From: Lingula anatina
Taxonomy: Eukaryota > Animalia > Brachiopoda
Reading direction: 5' to 3'
Length of the DNA: 64,000 bases
NCBI GenBank assembly: GCA_051362555.1
Contig: CM120641.1
Coordinates: 40,492,401-40,556,400 of the forward strand
In this document: piece after piece, positions 38,201-54,753 of the stretch
Position numbering within the stretch: position 1 is the first letter of the stretch
Layout: each line of letters begins with the position of its first letter
Notes under the pieces: model-generated
What the model saw: the letters and a program-made list of their open reading frames with translations, nothing else
Told to the model about the DNA's origin: nothing
Database searches by the model: none
Translations under genes and position numbers: made by a program

Positions 38201-41151
38201 TACATACCTGCAGCCATCATAGGAAGCATGCTGCTTCTCTCCACATCTTTCAAAAAAGCCCAATCTTCATAATATTGACTGAACAAAATTAAAACAAAAA
38301 TAAAAATTTATCATTTGGGCAATCTAAAACAGTATCTTTAAAATCTCAACATGAAAATGGTAAATAATCCAGTAAGCTGTATTAATTTTGGCCTGCATGA
38401 CGGATAAATTCAAAACTATTTAATAATTTCCTACAAGCAACAACTATGATTTACCTCAACTTTTGATGACTGTCCAGAAATACATGCATATGCCTCTCCA
38501 GGGAGTGTTCATTAAAACTGGATCTGAGCCACGCCCGGCCACGCCCTGCATCTGTGTTAATGTGCTTCAGAGACATATACCGCTTAATCTCATGTTGACT
38601 CAAGAATTCCTTCACATAATACCAAAATACTGAAAACATAACAAACAAACATCTACTAGTAATTCCATAAAATCCTCTGGGTTGTCCACTCCATACTGAC
38701 GCATTAATGCAGAAATCAAAATCACACATAACTGTCAAAAGGCAGTATACTTTTCTTTTTTTTGCCATAGAAATATGTTCATTATTTTTACACACAGACT
38801 AAACATAAACAATAATAATAATTACTTTGTAAAATATCATAACATGGTACACATGACATTTATCCTCACCTGGCTCTGTTTCTATGTTTTGTAAGTCTGA
38901 AAGGACACCCAAACCCTTCACCTTGGAGAGCCCAGTAAGTTCTGTCACTTGCCTAAAATAATTCAACTATCAACTCTAATTTCTGTCATAGATTAACTTA
39001 ATGAAGATTTAAGTAGCAGTCATTACAAAGGTGGTGTGGATATCTTATTTCTTAATTCTTGTTACTAGAATAGTAAATATGAACTGATATTAGCTCAGCT
39101 TTACAGTATTTACCTTTTGCCTCATCTTTTCCTCTATAAAACCTTTTACTACTACTATTCCTATCAAACTAATTGAAAAGAATTGAGATGAGGTGCAAGA
39201 GCATATTTCTTTTTTCTGAAGTAAAAAGAGACAAAAGAGTGAAACAGGTGTTATGGAAGGGGGAAAGCAGTGAAATGGCCCATTATATCTTAAAAAATCA
39301 TACTTTATCTTTTGTTTAAAAAAATCTAAGTTTTGTTGCAAATAAAACATCAATTTACTTTAGGGTTGATAAGGCCTTGTTTGCCACCAGGTTCTGCTTA
39401 ACGCCATGCTGCAATGCACTCTCCCACACAGACAGCAAGCAGACAACTCTGAAAAACAAACATAACATCCTTTTTTATGGACAGATGCATACAGTTATCA
39501 CCTGCATGTGTCATCGCCATCACCTTACACTTTCCTGGATTATTAACGAAAATTATAAACGAAATAAAAGGAAAACCATGTTACTAATGATCCTCAAACT
39601 TACAAGAATAACTGAAAGGCATAAAATACAGCTCGAGTTCGCAGAACAGCCTGACTGGATCAATTTCTGTGTTAATAATTATAAAGAGCTTCAAGTAGAC
39701 TCAATATGTTTCACATATATTGGCTGAACACTATTCCTAATTAACAGCTGGCTTAATCTTAAATTTTATGTTTTTAATTTTTCCATCACTTAACAAAATC
39801 AATTTTCAACAATATATGCTTTATATTATAACGCTTCATCTCAGTATATGTACTATAAACACAGAGAGAAATATAAGCAAACCAATTATCTTGTTTTACA
39901 ATGTAATTAGAACATAACAACATAACATGTCACTGAAAGTTATATTTACCTGCTGTCAGAATCTGTTGCTAGCTCCGTTTTCCCTCCAAATCGAACTTGG
40001 CACTGAAATAAAAATTATAGGGATACTCTTTGTTTTTTACTCTTCACAATCATGCCTTCCTATGCTTGTGGGGTTATCATTTTGGAATAATTCAGAAAAA
40101 TTCAAATAAAATTAATGCATTTAATAATATCTTATAGATTCTGATAAGAGCTTATTTAACATCTGACACTTTTTTTAACCAAGACAAACTGAAGTAGAAT
40201 GATGCTTCATACAAATTTATCAATTCTATTTCACAATTATCCCTCAACACACTGAAAACCATTTTTACTCATGATGTGAGCTGCACATTTGCAAATCTTG
40301 ATCTTACCAATAATACACACATCACAAGTACCTGTTTAACTGCATCTAAAAGCCGTGTGAGGATACTCTGTCTTTCATTTAAATACTGAGCAGCACCTGA
40401 AATATTAAATACTAGTAAATAACAAATATCATCCAAATATCTTATTCGAATGAGTTTTATTGGGTGTATCTTTTCAATTAAGACAGACTGTCAGTTCTAA
40501 AAGCATACATCTATAACACTGTTAGACTGATACTGTTTTCCTTATTGCATTTCACAAGATTGCATGGTTTCAACAGTTGGGTGATTTTATTCGAACCACA
40601 TATACTTTATGATCTTTTATTCTCTTGGAACTGGGATTTTAAGCAAATGGCCTTAATTATGGAGACCCTGCATGAGGCCATTGTTATCTTAAATGTTCCT
40701 CATTTCTTTGATGATAGCACACAGACTAATTTGTTTAAAAAAAATTAAATTGTAAATTTTCACAAAAAAAAAAAAGAAACCTGGTCACTTTCATATATGT
40801 AAATTACAGGTTATTTGGTACATGCAACATACTGCACATAAAAACTGGGCCCTCAAACATGTGCAGAGATCAGAAAAGTTAGAATTCAACTGTCTCCTTA
40901 ACTCACAATGTGTAGGGTGATGCATGCGGAATGCAATTCAATTTAAGTCAATTCACTAATAATTAAGGAACCTTGGAATCCTGATAATTCTGTGAATGTT
41001 TGAGTGTGCATTTTATATGGCAATTACTCTTATAATCTTTAATAATTCAACAGAAAACACAGAAACGTAAACAAATCAAAGTCTATGAATATTAACATAT
41101 TAATATCACAACATTAACAACATTTACTTAGAAGTATCACTTACTGTTCAT
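32232..41151 (-). CDS. SNX29: Sorting nexin-29 (RUN + coiled-coil + PX), ~22 coding exons
   Basis: Starts with ATGAACA|GTAAGT (41145-41151), then exons 40332-40396, 39950-40002, 39359-39448, 38870-38952, 38455-38629, 38208-38278, 37503-37664, 36774-37263 ... last 32232-32346. Motifs [46 protein letters not shown], and PX motifs [10 protein letters not shown] and [10 protein letters not shown]. Confidence 0.92.
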
Positions 41152-41393
41152 TTCGTCTTTTTCCTTCCCCAGAGGCCGAGATTAAGTTCATAGCAAACTT
41201 ACGTTTAAAATGACGTCTACTCTAGAATTAGGCTAAAAAAACTAACTGAAAACATCCCTGACCCACTCTCTTTGTACACTTGACTCTATTACTTAAGCTG
41301 ACCTATCGGTTAAGTTTCTGGTTCACAATCTTGTGGTGATCATACGATCCAGTGACTTATCTGGGTCAAGGTAAAGGTTGCTCAGCCGGGTAT

Positions 41394-41409
41394 CTTTCTC
41401 TTTTACAAG
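41394..41409 (+). promoter_or_regulatory. TCT/5'-TOP initiator and short non-coding first exon of RPL10
   Basis: TATCTTTCTCTTTTACAAG|GTAG: pyrimidine tract followed by a donor; acceptor at 41580-41581, 6 nt before the ATG. Typical ribosomal-protein gene layout. Confidence 0.65.
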
Positions 41410-41587
41410 GTAGCTGCCATATTTGTTGTGAAATAACATAGTTCCTATATTAATCAGAATCCATCGGCTTTATTCTAGAAGATTCTGCTAATGTTGTAAT
41501 ATAAATCGAACTTTTGATATTTGAGGTTTGTAACTCATTGCTCTTTCGACTCTAACACTTCCTATTTCTTGACAATTACAGGTCAAA

Positions 41588-43634
<2,047 letters not shown>

Positions 43635-44161
43635 CTCTTTCAGTGGTTTATTTATGATATATTTCAATCTCCTGGTACCATCTTAACAAGAAGGAGGAAA
43701 AATGACTGCAAAAACGCTGTTTGCTAATTATGAAAGGATGAATGTACAAATAAAAAAAGAAAGAAAAAATTTGCCTGACTTGTTTTCAACTTTTATTCAA
43801 ATTCTGATCAATGCATTGAAATGTATGTATCGTAGACCAGACAATCGTAATTTATAGAAGTAGTAAATGCATTCTGAATTGTCGTTGATGGCAGTCTTCC
43901 CCTACTGCCTGTGTATTTGGATATCAGTCGTACAGCGTTCTGACTCCTTGATGTAATAACGAACTGGAAGACTTCTTAATGCCTAATAAGTAAAATGTAG
44001 AGTATTTCACTTCTTGGGGCAATTTTGAAAAACCAGATACTTAAAACGAGTCTTCTGGTAATGTTACGACATTAGTGACAAGTGGCATAGGTCCACGAAG
44101 TGAAAAAGGGGCATTCGAGTGTTCCTCACCCATATAATAGTCACTGCACAACACTTGAAGA

Positions 44162-47100
44162 CTATGATGAATTCATGACGTGGACAAATTCTGAAAGGAA
44201 GATGACAAAGATGAAGTCCAAAGGTTTTAAAACGTGTAGATCTGTTTGGTATGGAATATCTCAATCTCCTGACTGTAACAAATGAAATACTAAAACTTTA
44301 AAAACCAAAACCTCATCTGGCTTGATAAATTATAACGATGAAAGGAATAAGAGAAGCTGACGGGCTGTCAGGGAAAAGGCTCAGATAACTCGTGTACCTC
44401 TCCTGAAGTCCACCTGCTTTACCCTCAAATAGTAAAAGTAATTAGCAAGTGTAATGTATATTTATATTCAAAAAATAAAACAAGTAAATAATATTTTGTC
44501 AGTTTGACCCAATCGGAATTTATCTCTTTATTTCAAACCGACAACGGTATTTGAGTGCCGAGGTTATCACATTTTTCCGACCTAAAAAATAAACTTGATG
44601 AAAAACAAAGCATTTAATATTCTGCTACTCGACCCTAGACTACATGTATTTAGATAACGATATAATAGTATCTGAGGTTCTGTTACACATCGACATTTAC
44701 CTTCATAATTAATTCTGCCGTCGTGATCAGCGTCTGCCTCTTCGATCATACTGTCCAGCATTTCGTCAGTTATATGTTCTCCCATCAACTCTAACCCTTG
44801 TTTCAGTTCATCCTAATTAAAAATAAACTTAAAGCTAAATGTAAGGATCTTTACGTGAGGACAGCCACATAATAGATTTCTTTTCAGTATAGAATGTCAA
44901 TATGATTGAAAGGGTTCAGATTTAAGGATGAGCCAGATTCTTTTAAAAACGAGACCGAAATAATGCTATCGGACCTCAAATTTAAATTGAACTTCGTTGT
45001 CTTTCGCAGACATGTCATATGAAGAATGCCGGAAAACGCATATCTGAGTGGCGAACACCAACTTTTATGTGAAAAAGAACACAAAAGGGTATCTGATGCA
45101 TTCTCTTTTCTTAAGTTTGGCATCTCAAACATGTTTTTGCTGTCATTCAGTGATTGTCTCCTCATACTACAATCTACAAAGAAGTCTTGGCTGTATACTA
45201 TTACAACAATTTTTTTGTTAAATCGAGGAGCAAGGTCAGAAGGAACTCGACAGCAAAGACATTTCTTACACGTGAAAATCAATAAAATCATATCCCTAAA
45301 TAACCATGTGTGCCCACTCCTTTTTCCTTAACCAATTTGTACGCGCTAGTATTTGTCTTTGTATGATATTGCAATTGCTTTAATTCAACCAGGTTTATTG
45401 TCCAAATCGTCACATATTTTGATAATTCTTGAATACCGCACCCTTGAAATGTATCCGTTTTTGTCTTTGTCGAAGGCTTGGAAGGCATCCATAAGAACAG
45501 AATCACTGCTTTTTTCCCTGTATTTGGCCATCCAGGATAGAAATTCTTTTTCGCTAATACTGCCTTCAGCTGAAAATATTGATATGTTATTTTTTTCATT
45601 AATACCATAGCATCAATAAGACGTATTTTTAGACATGCATTTTCATCTTCTGAATACAAATGTGTAATGCTTGTAGAAGACTTACTTGTAACCAACTGTG
45701 AAACGAAAAAGGGAATTTGATATAGCCACAACAGTATTGTGATGTCGTAAGCCGTATAGATTATTTCTTGCAACTGTAATAAGATGATTGCGACAAGGAA
45801 CGTATTTGGTTTTGAATACAAACTCATCCATCTTTTGTTAAGTGTTAAAGTTAACCAACCAAAAAATTAATGCAGTCATTTGATACAATAGCCTAGTGTC
45901 GGGTGATTGTGTATGTGCTACACAGCTCTTCCGACTCTGGCAACCATTCGAAATTTTTCTTTCAATTGGGCATATTTATCGAATTTTTAAAGCCTGGTAA
46001 ACAGATGATCAATGTGCTTTTTATGTTGCACAACGCGATAAAAAATACGGAAAAAAGCTGCCCAAGGGAAAAAAGTTTTATCTAAAGCAGAGAGGAAATT
46101 TTCAAACGATTGGCACAAGTTACCTGAGTGATGAACTTTTTCAACAAATTTTGCACAGTCGTCCTCGCTGACGTCGTAACCGAGGTCGTCCATCATGGTT
46201 TGAATTTCTGAAACCGATATTTTCCCATCTCGGTTTCTATCTAGCACTTCAAAGACAAGCTTGAGCTCTGAAAATAGTATTGCCGCAAGGGATCATTTCA
46301 GTCATGAATAAGGAAAAGATAACGTTTTCTAAGGGTATGTTAGACTACGTCCCTCCTTTCATGATAAGGTGCTTTAAAAAAATGATTGTAAATGTGAAAA
46401 AACATAACTCAAATCATACCTTAGTTTCTTTTAGGTCAAACGCAGTGAATCAGGAGAATGCAGCTGCCATCTATAGCTATAAACAAACTTTTAAAATACT
46501 GGTGAACTTGCTTGTTTACAAAGAGACAAGCGACTCCAGTCTGGGATTTTCACTGATGCCTCGTTTCAAATACACAACCCTTCCCTTGATAAACCCGCGA
46601 TGTAGTACAACATTCATTCAACAGAACAGGACCTTGCATATTTATACACTTCAACAATGTTAGCTACGTCCGGTTTATCCTGGTCATAAAGTACATTTGA
46701 TTCCACGAAAGACAAAATATTTACAAGCCCAAGTCTAAGATAGATATATACGTACTTAGAACATTAATTGTAATTTAGATCACACCATATAATCATGACC
46801 CCCTTATTCGATAACGATTTTATATGTAGTTTATGGCTATAAACGTTAATTGTCATCATTTTCTGTGATGTATTTTATTAGCATGACAAACTTTATTACA
46901 CACGTCATATTCAACTGAGGGCTCATTCTGCAAGTAAAACGCATCTTTTCAATCTCTGTTATTCAGACATGTAATTTTAAAAGTTCATAGTCTAGCTATA
47001 AACACTTCCGTAGTTCTAATATACTTTTGTCACAAACGCTCGAGTTCGTCTCTGTGTCTGCAGAATCCCACATCTGCCTCTAGGCCTGGTAACATCGTGT

Positions 47101-48204
47101 CGAGTACTACCGGCCTAGCCATCCAGCTATACATTTGTGTCCGCTGTATACAACTCGTATTATAGGTATGTTCTTCTTATAACCTCTTCAGACTTACCTT
47201 TTATCTCTTGTTCAGACATTGATCCGTATTCCTGTAAATCATAAAAGAATAGCTATTGAATGCAGTAGTCTAAATCCTTGCTTCTGGTACTGAACTATTG
47301 AGCTACATGTAGGTAGCCGCTGCCTTGCGTGCTATTTGTCCTATATGCTGTGTTATGTGAATAACTGGTAGATATAAATCAAATGGGATAGGCTTATGGG
47401 ACTTTGACTGTATATCATGTAATACTTTCACATCTTAAGGTGACGACAAATAATTGTCCCCAGTAATGTTTTGTCATATTTGTGCATAGAATTTCAAGTG
47501 CAGTAAGTGAGGTTTATATGGATATTTTTGTCATTTGGGTAAAAAAAGTCAATTTTCTTTCATTTCAACATTTAAGACAAAGTTTTAAGTGAGTCGTAAA
47601 ACTCCCTATTGTATTTCAATGACAAACATAGCATTTAATTATCTATATATTATAATTGAATATAGGGGAATAAATCATAGCTCATTCTTTTGAATACATT
47701 ATAAAAGTAAAATAATGACAGAGTTTTAAGGCCTACTGGAAGGCGAAATGTTGAGTGTCTTTGCTAGTACTTGGTTTTATGTAGGCTACCGTAGAAAAAA
47801 GTCTTCCATTCAAATTGTTTAATGGTGGATACAACTAAGACCAAAATGCATACATGTGAAATGATGTATACTCCAAGAAATGACAATATCTCAAATATTA
47901 TTCGAAGATTAAAATGCTCTACTACATGTCTGAAAAGAATCTTGCTTCTTTGTTTTCCCAAAGACATTTGATTAAGTTTCGTCACCAGTTTTGGGCTGTA
48001 TGAATTTCATCTCGCAACAGCAAGATAGCTTGCGAAAACTTTTCTGAAATTTTTCAGCGACTTGTTCGTGCCGTTCCGTGGGCTTGGTCAGCTTAAACCG
48101 ATTTAATATAAAGAAGCAGAACCTTCCTAAGAGAATCAATTGATCTTCTTACTGTGGTATATGCTATATGTTAGAAAAAATTTACGGCGAAATTATCTTA
48201 CCAT
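44162..48204 (-). CDS. Divergent calmodulin-like EF-hand protein, 6 exons, 149 aa
   Basis: Exons 48202-48204 (ATG only), 47198-47231, 46124-46267, 45442-45569, 44701-44812, 44162-44190 (450 nt). The ATG|GT first exon and 144-nt third exon are typical of calmodulin genes. Loops DRNRDGKISVSE, HHSAEGSISEKE, DKDKNGYISRDE, DADHDGRINYEE. Confidence 0.85.
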
Positions 48205-49289
48205 TTTCCAGCGTCTCGTAGTTCAGTAGACTTGATCCATACGACGTGCATAAGTCGGCTATGGATAGATGCCAGGCAGTGCTGGCTTAAAGTCAGTTAC
48301 ACTTCAGTAATTCAGGAAAAAACATACTCCTATTTCAATCTCTAATAAAATAACATGCAGAATGTGAACATACAGATAGCCCAGGACTTCTCACTAAAGA
48401 CTTTATCCTAAAAATCAAGTCCACTTGAGCCGTTAGCTTGCGGGTATCCGATGGCTATTTACATTGTGCACTTGTCGCGTCCCCAGCAAATCGCTCTCTA
48501 TCCGCTCTATGACAAAACCTGGTGGCAAAGTGCACAGCGCTCTGAGAAATGCATTTGTTACTTGGGAGAGTCAAAAGGTTTCAGGGTTGAACGAAGAAAT
48601 AAAAATAAATCTGAAATTATTGACCATACAGGCATGATTACATTATTTATGAAAGGGCCATTGTGAACAGAGAGACTGACCTTTTTATTATTTGCATAAG
48701 AATCACATAAGCTAAGAGAAGTTAGCCATTGACTGAAACCACAGGATTCATATATAAGCAAATGGAAAGAAAATTGGAGTTCCAGTCTGTTTTCATGACT
48801 AAGATATAAGATTAATATTTGTTTTGAAAAAGAATCCACTCAAATAAGTATAAACTGAGATGAGTTTTTGACAAATGTTTGTCGCCTCATACGGCAGTAC
48901 CAGAGCAGTACGCCGAGATTCGCTGTATTTTAAAGGTACCTTACGTGTAGGATGGGAAATATCGACAGTTGAGAATTTTTTCTTGGAAAATAATCCATTC
49001 TGTTCGATGAAAAATATGTACTTTAAACTGGGATGAGTTTTGTATGCCGCCTCATACAGTCGTGCTTCGCTGTACCGGGCAAAATAACCAAAATAACCAA
49101 AGGGCCATGCTTACATTTGTACATATAGGGTGGAATATATGACTTAGCTCACCCAGATAAAGCACCCCGTTTTCGTCGCAATTTTGTTCATTTTGTATAC
49201 ATCGCAGAGTCATTATTTGCCATGCTGATGAAATTCCAGGTAGATTTTGAAACGCAGGACGGCAGCCAGTGCCCAATAAGTCCAGTTAA

Positions 49290-49378
49290 AGGTATCCTAT
49301 CTCCGTTTGAAAATGCCACTAATGTGCTTTTTTTAGGGAATTTTTTTTCAAGGAAAATTTGATTTGGATAATATACCT
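49290..49378. mobile_element. Short Kolobok-like MITE (TTAA TSD)
   Basis: TTAA|AGGTATCCTATC ... GATAATATACCT|TTAA; 12-bp TIR with 10/12 match. Confidence 0.45.
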
Positions 49379-49421
49379 TTAAGAAATGACACTAGAAAAC
49401 TGGTAAGACTGGATCTTCTAG

Positions 49422-49448
49422 TATATATATATATATATATATATATAT
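49422..49448. repeat. (TA)n microsatellite
   Basis: Uninterrupted TA run. Confidence 0.9.
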
Positions 49449-50141
49449 CAATATACCTCAGTAAAACACCGTAAACGATGTTATAAACAGATAAATTGCT
49501 GGTACAAGAAATAATTGGGATGGCACTAATACTTATGTTGTCCTTACCCCTACCCCCATCAAAGGTCACCTTTTTCAGGAAAAAAATCCCACTTTGGAAT
49601 TGCAGGTTTCAGGCAATGTATATAAGAATATAGGAAGGTTTTAGAACAATGGGACCTTGATATGGCTTAAATCAGCTTATGGCAAACAACTTATAATCAT
49701 TACAAATACAGTTTGAATAAATAAATATCATTTTATTAGAGGTAAGTATATGGTAAAATATACTTTTGCAAAGTGTTGCCATTTAAAACACTTTATCACA
49801 GATTAATCTTTCTATAAGTATATTCTTGAAAATGGCAAAAAAAACTTTAAAAACATTAAATGTCTTCTTAATTAATTATTTGAATACCATTTTTTTAAAT
49901 ACTCTCATGAATAGTCCAGCAAAGAATATGACCAGCTGTGTTTTGAAAAAAATATTAAAGCAACTTTGTGAAAAAAAGTTTTGTAGTGGATGGTGGGACT
50001 ATACCAGCGTTACTTTGTCTCCTCCTTTTATAACAAGACATAGCATGGACATTCACAGCTGGCTGACAACTGAATAAGATATGACTTCTCAAAATTAATC
50101 AATTAATTAATTTGAAGTAACGCTGAATGTTGCTGAAATCC

Positions 50142-53100
50142 CTAAAACCTTGGATGCATCATAACAAAGCCAAAGTTGTATTTGGGTGGCAGTCCAATGT
50201 GTGAAACATTAAACTTTGGAGTCCATACAAAAGGTGGCAGTCCTGTTCCCAGCGTTGGCCCACTTATGGCATAGGACATTCTCTTTTGAGCCATGGCAAA
50301 ATCTGTCACCTATTAGAGGTTAAAAAGTACAGGGGGTGAGAAATCCTGTTGCATTTAAAACATGTTTTTCTTTTTTAATAATTATTTCTCAAAACTGTGA
50401 CTACAGTATGCAAAAGTTAACAACAGCATTTTTTAAAATAGTTAAAGATTACATTAAAATTATTTTATAAAAAAAATGAGAAAAATGTTTCTACCAAAGA
50501 AAACTTACTTTTGTGTCATAACATCCATCAGCCTTTGGATTTTTTGGATCCAAGTCACCACGGCAGCAAATAGCATTACATGGTTTCTTGTCAGAGTATG
50601 GGTCATGGAGGTAATCTGAAAGCATGCGCTGAACTATAGAAAACAAACTACGAGTATTGATGTGTAAACAGTTAGTAGATGTTATTTCAGTGCTGAATAT
50701 ATCATGATGAACAATTCCTTACAGACAAAAACAACATGTTAGTAAAAAGTGGTGATAAAGCATCTAAAAAGATAATTACAATTTTTTCAAAAAGCTCTAG
50801 AGGATAATTGCATATAAATTTACTGCTTTTCAAACAAAATGAAATAGAAATGTTCTTATATGCTGTAGAAGGAAAAACTAGTAACACTATCCTAAATGAA
50901 ATCATTTCTACATATTCTATCAAAACTAATAAAAAATATGTTTTCAGTGGTATCTGACTTGCTATTCTGATGAAATATTTTAGCTTCAGGTAAAAATCAT
51001 TGAGTACTATTTCTCTGCATACAACTTAGAAACGTAGACACCTACCATTGTATCTCATTATTTTCATCATGGAGTCCATATCTGTGACTTTACCAGCATC
51101 TCTTCTAAAGATTTTGGCTCTTGGTGCCATCTGGTAGGAACGGTCTAAGCCATGCTTCATTACAAAGTCAGGGTATCCACTCAAGTTGTATACAGACTCA
51201 AAGAATGGAACATTGTAGGATGGCCAGTGACCTTGAAAAAATATCATTGATGTAACAAAAATCAGCATTAATTAGGTGATATTCATAAACATTTCTCAAC
51301 ATTTAATACATCAAGAGATTTCTTCTTGCATGGGCGATGTTACTGGCTAAGTCAAATGCTGTCTGAGAGTTGAAATACTTTTTTCTATCTATGTATGCTA
51401 CAATAATTTTTTTGAGAAAAAATTAATTTCAAAGTAACACACAGAAAGTATTCTTTCAAAACATCACAGTGTCAACACTAATTGCCAGAAATCCCATATA
51501 AAATTCTCTGAAAACTCTTCACAAAAAATAGTTAAATGACCTTGTAGCTGACCTTATACACTTAAATACTAAATGCATGTATTAGGTTATCTACATGTTT
51601 TACACAGAGGTCCATGCACTGGTACATACCATCTCTAAGAATTGGGGTGACGTCTGCATACTTGACTAGGGATGGAATCTGTTCCACCACATACAGAGTT
51701 CCATCATCCAAACTTTTGCCAAGATGGACTTGATTCAAATTGATCACCATATACTGATTATTGTATGTTCCTGAAAAACAATGGAATGCAAATAATAAAT
51801 AATACAACCATACCACATTAAAGTGTACAAAAATGCCCTCATCAGACTGTTGCTACTGCCATGTCCATATAAAAATGAAGTACAATTAATGTACATGTAC
51901 ATAAGGTTATACCTATTGTCAAAGAACAAAAATCAATTGGGAATGCAAGTCTCCCAAATACATCCTTATGTACTAGTATCTATTAACAACCATACTGCTA
52001 ATATCAACAGTTAAATCATTAAAAGTTTACCAACCAGAATTACAAGTGTTTATTATTTCCCCCCACTGCTGGCCATTTCTTGCCATCATGTTTGCTACTC
52101 TGACTCTTTGCCATGCAAACACTGACTGTGGCTTGACATAGTCATACAAACTCATGTTGAAGACATTGTTTGTAGTTTGGAGGACAACAATATTGTTGCC
52201 CATTATGTAGAAATCATCAAGAGATTCTAGGAAGCCTAAAAAGAGAAGTGAATGTATATGATATTTGTACATAAACACATTAATAATAAGCCTCTAAGTT
52301 ACTGGTAGTTCTAATGGATTATTGGAACTAATTAATTAAGATAATAAATCGGTACAAAAAATTGTATGTCTAAACATCATCTTTGCATGACTGATGAATA
52401 TACCTGGGTAACTTGAGAAGGACAGCTGTCTTGCTGCTGTGTCTTTGTCTTTGACATTGAAATCATAATGTTTATAGATCCTAAGGGTTGCTGCATAGAC
52501 AAACCAGCTTGAATGTGACATAAAAATATTTTCATAGGCACCTGTCACCTGAAATGGCAAATCATCAAAACTTAACATAACAATTAGCTAAATAACATCT
52601 CTTCCATTAGTAACAATATTCATGTGGTTATGTACATCTAAGTGGTCGACTAAAGACCTATTAAAAATCATAAAATTATGATCTGGCAGCACTTACTGAC
52701 ATTAAAGCGAAAAAATAAAAAATCACACCAGAAATCAATACGAATATTGTAGAAATTTGCTTCAAGGTGTGTATGCCAATGTTTAATGTAAAAAAGTCAA
52801 TATTGAGTGAAATTCATATTTAGCCAACCTTCACCAAAGCTGAACAATGTCCACTAGATGCAATATAACTCTGGATTTCATCTGGAGTCATCTTAGAGAA
52901 GTCTGGTCTGCTATCTGGATCAATGACGTTCATTAAGTCAAGGAGATCTCCAGCACCATTTAGAAATTGGACACCAAAAAATCCTATATCTGGTACCTGT
53001 TTTTGAAAAATTTGATACTCTTAACATCATAGGTGACCTAATTTGACTAGTTTTCCAATAAAGATAAAACAGAGCATAGCAGCTTAATAATTTCAGGGTT

Positions 53101-54741
53101 GATCAGTGAATTTTTTTACATCTCAATCTAGGGAGTGTGGAAATGTCATATCAACATTACTGACAAATTTAGGGAATAAAAACAACAGTACAGTAGTAAG
53201 GGTTTTCTAGTGTTGAAATGTGGATTTCTTCAATGTACCAAATGCCCAAAGCATTTTTTCTATTTGATAAAAATTAGTGTGGATAAAAATTCTGATATTC
53301 TCAAAAATAGCAGCAGTCATGCTTGGTAACCATTATATGAATTTGTCAGGCCTAACTTTTAATTCCAATTTTTCATAAAATTACGCACCACTTTTTGATC
53401 TGCCATGTATTTATACCCAAGGTACAAGCCATCCAGCTGACAGAGTATGTACCACACATGTCTCCAGAATGGATCTGAGAGATTTTTTTCTATCTGCTGG
53501 CGGATCCATTTATCTTGAGCATTATAAAAGCTCTTCAAACCATTTATAACTTTGTCGCTCTTGCCATTGAGAAAGACACCATACATATTTGTATAATGCT
53601 GGTACATTCGCCTGGAATATAAAATGACATAAACATATCTGCAAAAAAAGTATGACAGATGGTCTATCTAAAATTGAGGATCAATTTACTGTAGATAAGA
53701 AGTTTTTCGGGAAGTCAGTTATACCTGTATAGTGTTTTCTATCTTTTTACATTTTCTGTATTTATACAGAGCATGCTTTTGCCAGCAGAAGCTCTCGACA
53801 AGTCAGCTGTGTTATCAGGGAGAGGATTGATGGATGCCAGAACTGGGTACAGTTGATTAACCAGACTCAGACTGTACTGTGACAATGAGTGAATGGATGT
53901 TCTTATAACTTATCTCAACTGACAGAAAAATTCCTTGGCTTTTCAGCAGTGTGTCACTTTTGAACACAAGACATAGGGGAAAGTTGAGAGCTTCTGTTAA
54001 AGATCTTAGAACACAACTGAAATAATTCTTGCCTTAGCTTTACCCATATCATTAGGACTCAAGGACAACAGTGAACATAAAAATATTTAAATAAGTTATA
54101 ACAAGGATGTTAAATGAAGTCTTTGGTTATATTAACTGATGAAAAATTTTAGAATTTGAAGATAGACTGCAGTACATACTTTGCAGTAAGAACCCCTTCG
54201 ATAGCACCTGCTGCAAACATAAGCTGGTTGTCCGGCAGTGTCTTTCCATATCCTGCTTTAATATCCAGAACTCCCCAGCCAGTGGTTAACAATGTATCAT
54301 TATAAGTGGCGTAGGCTGCTGCATTCTTGGTGTCAAGTGTGTCAGACTTGAAGGTAAAGTTCATCGGTGCGTTTACATACAGTGAACCTTGCATAAACTC
54401 TCCTGAAAACGAAGTGCATGTGTTTTTTTAATACATAAATATGTTATACTTTAAACAATGTCTTTTAAGTTGATCTTGACTTTAAATTGATTCATTTTGA
54501 TTCGACTTTATAATTTTAATCTAAGGACGTAAGTCGTAAGGTAATGAAATTATGCGAATAAAAACGGGTAGAGATATATAAATCTAGCTAAATTACACAT
54601 CAGCGATTTAGAAAATAACAAGGAAAAACGAGCGAACATTGTCCGCGCCAATAGAAAAATTAATGCTGACGTACCTTTCGCATAACAGATAAAAACGGTC
54701 AGGACAATTGCAGCCCGACAGCAGGCTCGTCCGTCTGCCAT
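50142..54741 (-). CDS. PLBD1: Phospholipase B-like 1 (lysosomal Ntn-hydrolase), 10 exons, 542 aa
   Basis: Exons 54675-54741, 54180-54402, 53389-53611, 52829-52996, 52404-52548, 52035-52235, 51630-51770, 51046-51231, 50509-50615, 50142-50309 (1629 nt). Signal peptide, TGWGVLDI, catalytic [65 protein letters not shown]. Confidence 0.93.
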
Positions 54742-54753
54742 TTTGTTCACAAC

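Noticed and set aside
44884-45827. 135-aa and 179-aa minus-strand ORFs
   Set aside because: Mostly intronic or off-frame over the calmodulin-like exon 4; no recognisable domain.
47926-47967. Possible alternative first exon MSLGKQRSKILFRH for the calmodulin-like gene
   Set aside because: The phase fits but the donor CAT|GTAGTA is weak and there is no independent support.
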